Shown in pieces: positions 1-8,930 of a DNA stretch of 64,000 nt. Made by a program: the position numbers and the translations under genes. A model generated the notes under the pieces. The model ran no database searches and was not told the origin of the DNA. It saw only the letters and a list, made by a program, of their open reading frames with translations. Origin of the DNA: a virus (lineage: Duplodnaviria > Caudoviricetes); IMG/VR virus record IMGVR_UViG_3300047375_000738. One strand, given 5' to 3'. The number at the start of each line of letters is the position of its first letter. Positions within the stretch are counted from its first letter, which is position 1.

Positions 1-1
1 G

Positions 2-244
2 GGTCCGCATGAATTACCTATGCATGTTGACAAAGATAGCCCTATAAGATATGTACAAGTTATACATAAAAATAGCAATCACACTGATTGGACTTACAAT
101 GGAAAAGAGTTGCGTTTAAAAGAAGGCGATGCATTTCTTTTTGATCCTAAATTTACCCACAGCATTATTACAAAACGTAGTTGTGAGAGTATATTTTTAA
201 TTGCTGATTGCATAGAAGAAACAATTGACAAATTCAATGTCTAA
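2..244 (+). CDS. Cupin / Fe(II)-2OG oxygenase-like protein, 5'-truncated by window edge
   Basis: Frame open from base 2 (GPHELPMHVDK...); HxD (HVD) and distal His (FTHSI) of a jelly-roll metal site. Confidence 0.6.
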   Translation, partial: GPHELPMHVDKDSPIRYVQVIHKNSNHTDWTYNGKELRLKEGDAFLFDPKFTHSIITKRSCESIFLIADCIEETIDKFNV

Positions 245-1283
245 ACAAATATTTTCTTATTCAAATCATAGTAGATTCACAAATCCAGAAGTTTTTGTTT
301 CTGGAAAAAATGATACTGTAACAAACGCCGACGGTAAGACATATATTGATTGTAACAGTGGATTATGGAATGTAAACTTTGGATACAATAATCCAATGTA
401 TACTCCTACAACTGACTTACATTATTATCCAACACATTTTTGGAGTAGCACCGAATCAACAGAACTTGCTGCTGAACAAATATGTAAATGGTTTGGATAC
501 GATAGAGTATTTTTTGGGCATAGTGGAAGTGATGCTATTGATACTTCTATATACATTGCAAAATATTATACAAGTAAAAAAGACATTTTAGCATACAGTG
601 TAGGCTATCATGGTACAAACACTCAAGCAAGTGTGTATGACAGCTACACGGCGCTGTTAGACGCTGTAAACAGCAACACAGCAGCAGTTATTATAGAGCC
701 TATAATGATTACAAATGGTGTTATAGAGTTTGATAAACAAGTATTGCAACAACTATTTGATTTAAAACAGCAGTATGGGTTTTGTATTATATTTGACGAG
801 ACTGTCACTGCATTAGGACGAGGCGATTATAGTTTTGATTACAGACCAGATATACTTATTGCAAGTAAAGGATTAACCAATGGAGTATTTCCTTTAAGTG
901 CTACAATGGTAAACGCTGATATTGGAAGTTATATTAAAAATACAGATAGAGTATTTTCGCATGGATATACAATGAGTGGCCATCCACAAGGCAGTCATGC
1001 ACTATTAAAAACTATAAAACAAGTTGAAAAAACAAAACATCAATTGGTAGATTTACAAAATAATTTTTGTAAACAATTAAATGAACGTGACTTAGATTAC
1101 ACAAACAAAGGATTGGTGTTTGGTATTCATGTTAACAACGGTATATACATTCGTCGTGAACTTCAGCAACACGGATATCTTATTCGTCAAGCAAATAACA
1201 CATTGTTATTTCTACCTATGTTTATTGCTGATAATAATGATTATACTAGATTTTTTGATCTTGTAGCCACTTTGTCAAAATAG
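225..1283 (+). CDS. Class III PLP-dependent aminotransferase (BioA/ArgD-like)
   Basis: YIDCNSGLWNVNFGY, SGSDA, YHG, IIEPI, FDETVTALGR, PDILIASKGLTNG, HGYTMSGHP motifs. Confidence 0.9.
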   Translation: MTNSMSKQIFSYSNHSRFTNPEVFVSGKNDTVTNADGKTYIDCNSGLWNVNFGYNNPMYTPTTDLHYYPTHFWSSTESTELAAEQICKWFGYDRVFFGHSGSDAIDTSIYIAKYYTSKKDILAYSVGYHGTNTQASVYDSYTALLDAVNSNTAAVIIEPIMITNGVIEFDKQVLQQLFDLKQQYGFCIIFDETVTALGRGDYSFDYRPDILIASKGLTNGVFPLSATMVNADIGSYIKNTDRVFSHGYTMSGHPQGSHALLKTIKQVEKTKHQLVDLQNNFCKQLNERDLDYTNKGLVFGIHVNNGIYIRRELQQHGYLIRQANNTLLFLPMFIADNNDYTRFFDLVATLSK

Positions 1284-1785
1284 TACCACTAACACGATAG
1301 TTGTATAGTTCGGGTAGTTTGTGTATTAACCAATCCTTGCCAGTTATATGCTTTCGACATTGGCTTGCACCACAGCAGCATTTATCAATAATAGTATAAT
1401 CGTGATCAATAAACCCAGCATAATCTACAGTTATTTGTTCGTTTACATTAATGTCACGCAATGCAATGATTAAGTTTTCTTGAACGTATGCTGTAGGGTC
1501 GCAACTATGATTGTGGCAACCATTTAGCCAATATTTCAATCCACCTTGAAAGTGCCATGCACTGTTTACTAAATGAAAATAATCTTGTTTGTATACAGAT
1601 CTTTCTTCTTCGGTTAACCACATACCGCCCACACGATAAATGATATCTCCTTCTTTGATATCTTGAGTAGCAAACTTTCCATAGCCAACTGTATCATTAA
1701 TAAATTGCAACTCACTAGTATTACTACTAAGTCCTAAACTTATTTCGTGTGTATTTAAATATTCAATGAGCTTGTGTTTATTCAT
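1246..1785 (-). CDS. SET-domain methyltransferase-like protein with post-SET Cys motif
   Basis: GYGKFA...I.EGD, NHSCDP, EQITVDY, CCCGASQCR. Confidence 0.85.
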   Translation of the reverse strand: MNKHKLIEYLNTHEISLGLSSNTSELQFINDTVGYGKFATQDIKEGDIIYRVGGMWLTEEERSVYKQDYFHLVNSAWHFQGGLKYWLNGCHNHSCDPTAYVQENLIIALRDINVNEQITVDYAGFIDHDYTIIDKCCCGASQCRKHITGKDWLIHKLPELYNYRVSGTILTKWLQDQKI

Positions 1786-2665
1786 ATTTTATAGGTCTTA
1801 ATAGTTCTACACCAAACATCGGAATATATTCTTCAAACGGTATTAGTTGCTCGCCGTTATCACCTAAGTTTAATGCTAATAGTTTGTCTCTGTATTCTTT
1901 ATCTAAATCCATCATTAGTTCAAAGCCGGTAAGTTTGCCTCTAGGCTCAACATCAAAATCTTCAGCAATAATACTTGGTTTAATCTTTTTACTGTTTATA
2001 TATCTATCTTTGAAAGCTGTTTCTACCCAACGATATACACTTTCTTTTTGTAAGTAACTTATCATAGTTTCTGGTGTATATTGGAAAAAACTAGGAATAC
2101 ATTCTCTCTGTATATCTCGGAAATATGTATATAATGTAGTAACCCTAGCTTCTTCGCAATCATATACAGGCTTTTTTCCTATTTGGCGTATCAAGTAGTT
2201 TTCACCACCACCAAATACAGGTATACCATCCAAACGGTTGGCAAAGTAATAATACAAGTTTAGTTGAGGACTACTACAACGTGTGACTTGTGCAAAATCT
2301 ATTAACTGTGTTTTATAAAAATTTTCCACATTGATATCAATAATATCAGGAGATATACCTCTAGCTGCACATATTCTTAATGCATAGTTTATATCATGTA
2401 AGTTAAGATTTCGCTCATATTTAAATATAGCTACTCTAGGAGTTATGCCACATGCAATAAAACTATGTAACATAACTTCGCTGTCAAGGCCACCGCTTAA
2501 CAATAAAACAAGGTTGTCTCCGTGTAAATCATAAAGTTGCTGCGCTGTAGATTTACATTCATCTCTCCACGAACTATGAGAAGTCACAGTTCCGTGTTTA
2601 AAATAAAAGTCATCGTCACATGTAAATCCAACATTTACATGATTGTTTTTTGTATATTCGAACAT
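1778..2665 (-). CDS. PP-loop (adenine nucleotide alpha-hydrolase) family protein
   Basis: LLLSGGLDSE motif; no QueC C-terminal Zn-binding Cys cluster seen. Confidence 0.65.
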   Translation of the reverse strand: MFEYTKNNHVNVGFTCDDDFYFKHGTVTSHSSWRDECKSTAQQLYDLHGDNLVLLLSGGLDSEVMLHSFIACGITPRVAIFKYERNLNLHDINYALRICAARGISPDIIDINVENFYKTQLIDFAQVTRCSSPQLNLYYYFANRLDGIPVFGGGENYLIRQIGKKPVYDCEEARVTTLYTYFRDIQRECIPSFFQYTPETMISYLQKESVYRWVETAFKDRYINSKKIKPSIIAEDFDVEPRGKLTGFELMMDLDKEYRDKLLALNLGDNGEQLIPFEEYIPMFGVELLRPIKYE

Positions 2666-2671
2666 AATAGT

Positions 2672-2700
2672 ATTATAACAAACTATTGATAGATTGTCAA
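2672..2700 (-). promoter_or_regulatory. sigma70-type promoter TTGACA-N17-TATAAT, leaderless
   Basis: Perfect consensus; ATG (2665) lies 6 nt after the -10 box and has no SD. Confidence 0.9.
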
Positions 2701-5600
2701 GTCCTTGTTAGAGAACCTTTCATGCCCATATTTTCGCTACTTTTCCACAACGGTGAATAAAGTATTCTATTAGGGCTTCTAGTAATACTATCGTCATCGC
2801 CCCAGGCCTGTTTAGGTAATACTGTAATAGTATTGTTCATTCCAGAGTGCGCACTACACTGATAGTAATATACCCCTGGCACTGTAGGGGTCCAACTTAC
2901 ATCTCCAAGAGTTGATCCTTGCCCAGTTGCTGCTGGAGTAGTGACTTGATCTCCTGTTCCTCCACCTTGTGTGTGCTTAATATACAAAGGATGTGAATTT
3001 GTATTATTTGTAAGAGTAATAGTATCACCTTCGTAGATAGTTATAGTTGGGTTATCGCCAACTACATTTCCTCCTGATCTATCTGCAGTACTAGTAAATG
3101 TATAGGCAATTGCTCCATTTGATGTAGGAATAGGAAATGTGAATGACGCAGCAGTGGCTTCAGTTTGTGAATCTACAAATAACTTATCTGTTGTTGCGTT
3201 ATTGTGAATGTACGTTTTCATCTGTGCCGGTGTCATGCCTGGATTAGCCTGAAGCACACTTGCTACCATTCCTGCTACTTGTGGAGATGCCATACTAGTA
3301 CCTGATATTTTCATGTATTCGTCTGTAGCACTCGAACCTGTAATAGGCGATTGTACTGTACTTGCACTTGCTTCAGTGCCATCAGTTAAATCACACGCAC
3401 CTGACTTGTCTGTACTAGCACAACTCATAATACTTGTTCCTGGCGCAAAAATATCAACTCCTGGGCCATGACAACTTGACTCTGCTTTTTGTTCTAACGA
3501 TCCTTGATAACTAGTATCTATATTACCTACCATGAATGCATCGGTGGTATATGGACTGCTACCTCTGTATGGAGTTTCTGCGCCATTGCCCACAGTGATT
3601 GTATCATTCCAGTTGTCGCCTGTAGCGGTATCAATGTACCAATAGCTGTTACCTGCTGCTATACAGAAGTGTATACCTGCTGCTATACATTCTTCAACAT
3701 CAGCATCTACACTTGCTACTCTAACATTAAGTCTTCTAGCTGTACCGCTACTAAAGTACTGCGGAATAATACCAAAATATGTATACCAGTCTGCGTCACT
3801 GTTGGCCACACCATTGGTTCCTGGTGTTAAACTATTACCTCTATAGCTTATAGCAGTAGGGTCAGTACTACGTGTTCCGCTATATCCCCAACTAGCATTG
3901 ACTACTGTAGGGCGCTTAAATCCAGTCTTAGGGTCCACTGGCTTGTTGTTGTGCCAGCCTTTAATAACATCAAAACAATCGCTTACACTAATTCCGCCAC
4001 TATCGCCGGCGCCTTCTAATCCGCCAACTTTTACACTATATATGTCAGCATCTCGTGCCCAGCCTAGTGTGCGCCCTGCTACAGTACCAGCACAATGTGA
4101 TCCGTGTCCATTATAGTCTCTATAATGGTTTGCACTCATTGTACCGCTTACACCACTGTGATCGTACCAATCGATTTCTTTTACTCTACTTAGTGCATCT
4201 GGTGAATATCCTGAGTGTCCTGCATCAAATGGATTGCCTGTGTCCCCGTCACCAAATAAACTCTGTATAGCTCTTTTAGAAACTTTAGCAATACATGGTT
4301 CGATATACTTTTTAAATAACGCATAACCTAACGGAAGTGTTGATTCAATTTGTGCTGGTGTTCTAACATCGTCTGTCCATTCAGGAGCAAGACTACCGCC
4401 ATCCCATAAACTTGAATAATCAAACATACAAAAGTTTAGTAGATACAAGTATTCTTTTGCTGCTACTTCAAATGCGTCTGAGTCAGTTTTCCACGCATTT
4501 GCTGGACTTTGATAACCCGATGGATCCCATTTGCTTGCGTCAAATGCTTCTTCCATTGCTGCGAATAGCTCGCCACTTTGCCAGTCAGCAGCTAAGTAAG
4601 CATACATTTTTAAATCATCTGCTGGCAGTCCGTGCATGTGTATTGTATGAAATATGTGTTCGATAACTTCTTGAGCATCAATATCACCAGTTCCTGGCGT
4701 GCCACTACTGTTTTGATACCATACCATATCGTTCATTTCGTGACTATCTAAAAAGTTAACATAACCAGCATACTGTGCTGCTCCTTCGTCTGTTAACCAA
4801 TTTGGTGTATATGAAGCACCGCCGCCATATCCAACACGTTGCGCTGTTTGTTTTCCTTGGTGCCAGCTAACTTCAGCATCGCCTCTAAGTGTAAGTATTA
4901 ATTTTTCTTGTATTGGAGGTGAAACATTTGCTGCTGTTGGATCAAGGAACCAATTATACATCTGGGCAACTTTATTACCCCATTCATCAGGCACTGTTGT
5001 TGCTCCACCAACTGCTCCAGCTAAAACAATTTTTACACCTTTTACTTGTATAGATCTGTCAAAAACTGCTCCGTTTGTACTATCAGATGTTATTGCACCT
5101 TTGTTGTACATATCGTTTGAATTGTAATTAATTTTTGTAAATTCTATATGATCGGATTGTAATCCCGAATCTTGTATTACAATGTCAACACCTTGCCCTG
5201 TTAGTGTATGCGGAAAGTCTGCTGTGACACTGGTTGTACCACTACCCCATAAGTCTTCTCTAACAACACATCTAGCATTACCCCAATTTAAATCTGCTGC
5301 GGTAATAGCACTGGTTTTTCTAAATGCATCGGTAACAAGTGCGTTATTACCAATTTCAATATCGTCTCTAAGTTCGGGCGGAATTTGTACATCAACTACT
5401 CTAGCATCACTACGTAACGCAACAGCTTCTTCGTCAGTCAAACTGTAATGTGTGTTACGCTGACTCAATGGTCTTGCGTTTGCTACTGCAACTGTGCGAT
5501 TAGGAATATCTCCTGCACCCGTGTTTGCAATCATTTCTGCATTGAATGCATCGTAGTCAACACCTGCTTCTAGTGTGACAATATATTCTTTTTCGCTCAT
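2697..5600 (-). CDS. Subtilisin-like S8 protease, probably virion-associated, with large insertion and C-terminal cupredoxin-like domain
   Basis: Triad motifs IQDSG (D144), HGSHCAGT (H499), GTSMASP (S769); N-terminal propeptide-like region; YYYQCSAHSGM near the C-terminus. Confidence 0.85.
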   Translation of the reverse strand: MSEKEYIVTLEAGVDYDAFNAEMIANTGAGDIPNRTVAVANARPLSQRNTHYSLTDEEAVALRSDARVVDVQIPPELRDDIEIGNNALVTDAFRKTSAITAADLNWGNARCVVREDLWGSGTTSVTADFPHTLTGQGVDIVIQDSGLQSDHIEFTKINYNSNDMYNKGAITSDSTNGAVFDRSIQVKGVKIVLAGAVGGATTVPDEWGNKVAQMYNWFLDPTAANVSPPIQEKLILTLRGDAEVSWHQGKQTAQRVGYGGGASYTPNWLTDEGAAQYAGYVNFLDSHEMNDMVWYQNSSGTPGTGDIDAQEVIEHIFHTIHMHGLPADDLKMYAYLAADWQSGELFAAMEEAFDASKWDPSGYQSPANAWKTDSDAFEVAAKEYLYLLNFCMFDYSSLWDGGSLAPEWTDDVRTPAQIESTLPLGYALFKKYIEPCIAKVSKRAIQSLFGDGDTGNPFDAGHSGYSPDALSRVKEIDWYDHSGVSGTMSANHYRDYNGHGSHCAGTVAGRTLGWARDADIYSVKVGGLEGAGDSGGISVSDCFDVIKGWHNNKPVDPKTGFKRPTVVNASWGYSGTRSTDPTAISYRGNSLTPGTNGVANSDADWYTYFGIIPQYFSSGTARRLNVRVASVDADVEECIAAGIHFCIAAGNSYWYIDTATGDNWNDTITVGNGAETPYRGSSPYTTDAFMVGNIDTSYQGSLEQKAESSCHGPGVDIFAPGTSIMSCASTDKSGACDLTDGTEASASTVQSPITGSSATDEYMKISGTSMASPQVAGMVASVLQANPGMTPAQMKTYIHNNATTDKLFVDSQTEATAASFTFPIPTSNGAIAYTFTSTADRSGGNVVGDNPTITIYEGDTITLTNNTNSHPLYIKHTQGGGTGDQVTTPAATGQGSTLGDVSWTPTVPGVYYYQCSAHSGMNNTITVLPKQAWGDDDSITRSPNRILYSPLWKSSENMGMKGSLTRT

Positions 5601-5610
5601 TTAAGCCCCC

Positions 5611-7389
5611 TTAGATTAAGTTAGCCCATGCACCGTTTTCATAACCTTGGAATTTGTTATCTGTTGTGTTGTATACAATGTCGCCGTTTTGGGCTGCTAA
5701 TGCGTTTCTTTCTGTTGTAGTAAAACTTGCCATACGTAGTGATGAACTTGTTACCACAACAGCATTTCCTGCTGTTAAGTTTAAGTTAGCACTTGCACTA
5801 ATTTCTGGTGTTTCTGTACCTGTTGATATAAATCTATCTGCTGTTACAGTATTAGTTACTACTAGATCATTTTCAACTGTTAAATCACTACTTACAGTTA
5901 CAGCTGGAGTAACTGTAATAGCACTTGAATCGCTTGAGTCTAGTATGCTGTTGGTAAATGTAAAGTTGCCCAGGTTTGCTGGCTGTAGAGCACTTGCCGC
6001 TAGAGCACCTTGAGCACTTGTGGCTGCATCTGTAATTCCGTATCCTGCTAATGTAGTAGGAGTTCCTGTTATACTACCAAAGGCAAAGTCTTGTGCTACA
6101 CCTGTGATAGTGATATTACCTTCTGCATCACTTGCTGTAGTAATAGCAGTTCCACCTAGTATACCAATGCTTTCGCCTTCGTTGATAAGTCTAACAGCAC
6201 TATCATCTGCACTAATACCAATATTAGTAAACGATGATGCGCCACCACCGCCACCGCCACCAGTGCCGTCACGCATAGCAACCCAGGCACCATTTTCGTA
6301 CACTTGGAATACACTGTCAGTAGAGTTATACAATAACATACCGTTTGCTGCTGTAAGCGCATTACGTTCAGTAGTTGTTAATGATCCTGCTTGTATAAAT
6401 CCAGTTGCTTTTACGTTACCTCTTACATCAAGTCTTAAACCTGCTGCTGGAGTATAATCACCAAGTGCCATATTGCCATCAGTTATACCTACATAGTTTG
6501 TTGGTGCATATGTTGCGCCATCGGATGCTGTACCAATATATAATCCAGAATGCCAACCTGCAAACGATACATATGTTTTTGTACCACTGTCGTCAATTTG
6601 ATCCCATGCTAACACTCCAATATTTTGATCAGATGGTGTACCGGAATCTGTTCTTCTAATCTTTAGATATGACGCATTGTCTGTATTAGAAATAAATGTA
6701 TTACTTATTGCACCGGTTGTGCCGTTGGTTATATCTAAGGTATCAGGGTATGTTATACTACTAACATCTTCTAAATTTCCGTGTAATGTATTATCAATAC
6801 CATCAACTATTAGAGTTGAGTCATTTCCAAACACACTACCTGTAACATCACCGTCAAATGTATCGGATGCCGCTGCACCACTATCAACACCTATTACCCA
6901 ATCTGCGCCATCATACTTTAAAACACTATTTGTTGTTACACCTGTTGTGTCTACATTAGCAAGTTGATTAAGTGTAATGCCTGTTAAGTTACTACCATCA
7001 CCGTAATGATCTGCACTTACTCTGCCCAATGCTGCATCAACTAATACTGTAGTGTCATCACCTCTAACATTACCTTGTATATCGATTGCATACTCTTGGC
7101 CTTCTTCAACACCTGCTCCACTAGCAATACCAGTTAACCCGCTGCCGTCACCTACAAAAGCGGTTGCACTAATATTTCCTGTTCCTGAAATATTAAATCC
7201 GTTTAAACTTAAATTTTGAGTTAATGATGCAGGTGAGCTTGCTGCGCTACTTGATACTAGTACTCCGCCTTGTGTTGATCCGTCACCAACATATATCTGT
7301 TTAGTATCAGTTGTGTATATTAGTTCGCCAACAGCAAATGTCTCGGCAGCTCGCTCTGCATTGGTTCCACGTCTTAGCTGTAATGCCAT
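5611..7389 (-). CDS. Virion structural / tail fibre-like protein
   Basis: N-terminal LQLRRGT...GELIYTTDT motif of phage fibre proteins; G/S/T/A-rich; duplicated 34-aa motif. Confidence 0.65.
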   Translation of the reverse strand: MALQLRRGTNAERAAETFAVGELIYTTDTKQIYVGDGSTQGGVLVSSSAASSPASLTQNLSLNGFNISGTGNISATAFVGDGSGLTGIASGAGVEEGQEYAIDIQGNVRGDDTTVLVDAALGRVSADHYGDGSNLTGITLNQLANVDTTGVTTNSVLKYDGADWVIGVDSGAAASDTFDGDVTGSVFGNDSTLIVDGIDNTLHGNLEDVSSITYPDTLDITNGTTGAISNTFISNTDNASYLKIRRTDSGTPSDQNIGVLAWDQIDDSGTKTYVSFAGWHSGLYIGTASDGATYAPTNYVGITDGNMALGDYTPAAGLRLDVRGNVKATGFIQAGSLTTTERNALTAANGMLLYNSTDSVFQVYENGAWVAMRDGTGGGGGGGASSFTNIGISADDSAVRLINEGESIGILGGTAITTASDAEGNITITGVAQDFAFGSITGTPTTLAGYGITDAATSAQGALAASALQPANLGNFTFTNSILDSSDSSAITVTPAVTVSSDLTVENDLVVTNTVTADRFISTGTETPEISASANLNLTAGNAVVVTSSSLRMASFTTTERNALAAQNGDIVYNTTDNKFQGYENGAWANLI

Positions 7390-7398
7390 TTGAAAATT

Positions 7399-7440
7399 CT
7401 CCTAGGTGATATTTTGTTATATGTATTTATCACCTAGGAG
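7399..7440 (-). promoter_or_regulatory. 13-bp inverted repeat enclosing a GATAAATA late-promoter-like motif and occluding the SD of the fibre gene
   Basis: ctcctaggtgata (7399-7411) pairs with tatcacctaggag (7428-7440); minus strand reads ...GATAAATA...AGGAG-N9-ATG. Confidence 0.8.
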
Positions 7441-7446
7441 CAATTA

Positions 7447-7755
7447 TCATTTATTTAATTTGAGAAAACGTTTAACACGTTTAGTCAAGTCTTTTCTAAT
7501 GCGATCCATGTCCATACGGAAGTCTATATTATCAATAGTTGGTTCGTATTCTTGAAACAGTGTTTCTAAACTTTGCTCAATGTCGTCAATTGATTGCTTC
7601 TTACGACTATCTTTGATGTCAACTTCCCATACATTACCGTCTTTAAACTTAATAATGCATTTTTTCATATATTCAATTGGTAATATTTCAATTTCAATAT
7701 CTTGAAATATATCATCCCAATCAGTTTCGTCGGTCTTGTTATTTGGATCTGTCAC
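7447..7755 (-). CDS. Hypothetical acidic protein
   Basis: 102-aa ORF tiling between neighbours. Confidence 0.75.
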   Translation of the reverse strand: MTDPNNKTDETDWDDIFQDIEIEILPIEYMKKCIIKFKDGNVWEVDIKDSRKKQSIDDIEQSLETLFQEYEPTIDNIDFRMDMDRIRKDLTKRVKRFLKLNK

Positions 7756-7758
7756 TCA

Positions 7759-8361
7759 CTAGGCGCTCTCGGTTGCTTTTTTTGTTGCTTTGCGTTTAGT
7801 AGGCGATAGTTCTTCAGCCTGTTCTCTTAGAGCTTTTGCTTCTTTAAACAGTCTGTCAGCATCACTACGCAACTTAGCAGCAATAGCATCATCAGTCAAC
7901 ACTTCACTTTGAGGAGCTTCTAGTGTAGTAGGTGCTGGAGTTTCAACTGATGCAGTTGTTTCCGGCTTTGGGTTTGCTTGGCTTTTAACTGCAAGATCAT
8001 CAATTGCAACACCTTTTTGCTGTGCAATAACTTCGTTCAATTCACTTAGTAGTACTACACTTGATCTGTTAGGAACCATTTCAATCTCGTTTGTTGGAAA
8101 TTTACGCATATGGCCAGTTGTATGTAGTCCAGTTAACATATTTCTACCATCTGAAAGATATGTACGTTGCATTGCTTCGTAAAATTCATCTGCTCTTTGT
8201 CCTGCATCTGATTCGACTAACTTCATTAGATCGTCATGATCTGCTGCTGCTAGAGCATCTGATGTAACAACTAAGCACGAATATGGATCGTTTGGAATCG
8301 TACGATACGCTACAACTACCTTTCGTTGATTGTTTTTAATTCTTCCTACGTGTTTATACAT
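7759..8361 (-). CDS. Hypothetical protein
   Basis: 200-aa ORF in operon-like spacing. Confidence 0.8.
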   Translation of the reverse strand: MYKHVGRIKNNQRKVVVAYRTIPNDPYSCLVVTSDALAAADHDDLMKLVESDAGQRADEFYEAMQRTYLSDGRNMLTGLHTTGHMRKFPTNEIEMVPNRSSVVLLSELNEVIAQQKGVAIDDLAVKSQANPKPETTASVETPAPTTLEAPQSEVLTDDAIAAKLRSDADRLFKEAKALREQAEELSPTKRKATKKATESA

Positions 8362-8364
8362 GTA

Positions 8365-8616
8365 TTACTCGCTTTCTGTAGCCTCTGGTGCTGGCGCCGC
8401 GGCTGCTGCGGCCTCTGCTGCTTCTTTGGCTTGTTTTTGTTGCTCTTCAACATTGTTTAGGAACAACTCTAATTTATTATAGATAATACCTACAGCTGCC
8501 ATTTCTTTTGGTTTAAATGCACTACGTTCACTAGCAACATCAATGATGCCTTTCATAGTAGCTAGATCCTGGATTGTTAGTTCGTTTGGATCTGTTTGTG
8601 TCTGTTCTTCTGCCAT
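8365..8616 (-). CDS. Hypothetical protein
   Basis: 83 aa, AGGAG SD, upstream ATAAGTA motif (8638-8644). Confidence 0.8.
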   Translation of the reverse strand: MAEEQTQTDPNELTIQDLATMKGIIDVASERSAFKPKEMAAVGIIYNKLELFLNNVEEQQKQAKEAAEAAAAAAPAPEATESE

Positions 8617-8654
8617 TTTAATACTCCTATTATAAATTACTTATTTGGCTTTTT

Positions 8655-8930
8655 TTAATTGTACTTCAGATGTGGACAAGCTAATAAGAAATAGCTAAGT
8701 TCTGAAGGTGATTCAAATCCTACTTTCATTGAAGGTGTGATTTGATCGTTTACTAATTGGACCGATCGTCCAATAAAATATCTACCGTTACAGTTTGATG
8801 TAATCCATTCTTCCATTGCACTAGTAATATTATATTTCATTGCAAAGGTCGTTGTTTCAAAGTAAGGAGGACAAAAATCCAACTTACGTATATCTAAAAC
8901 ATTTAAAGGATTAATTTTACCTTTTATCAC
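8655..8930 (-). CDS. Hypothetical protein
   Basis: 91 aa, GTGA overlap with the vWA gene stop. Confidence 0.75.
   Translation of the reverse strand: MIKGKINPLNVLDIRKLDFCPPYFETTTFAMKYNITSAMEEWITSNCNGRYFIGRSVQLVNDQITPSMKVGFESPSELSYFLLACPHLKYN

Noticed and set aside
1778-2665. Calling the SGGLDS protein QueC
   Set aside because: Lacks the QueC C-terminal Zn Cys motif and lies 12 kb from the que genes; kept as generic PP-loop
6241-6262. GCC-rich and similar short triplet runs (also near 8390-8420, 9620-9650)
   Set aside because: Encode ordinary poly-Gly/Ala/acidic linkers
5611-7389. Diversity-generating retroelement target (Mtd-like N-terminus)
   Set aside because: No reverse transcriptase or A-specific TR/VR pair; the duplicated motif differs at all base types
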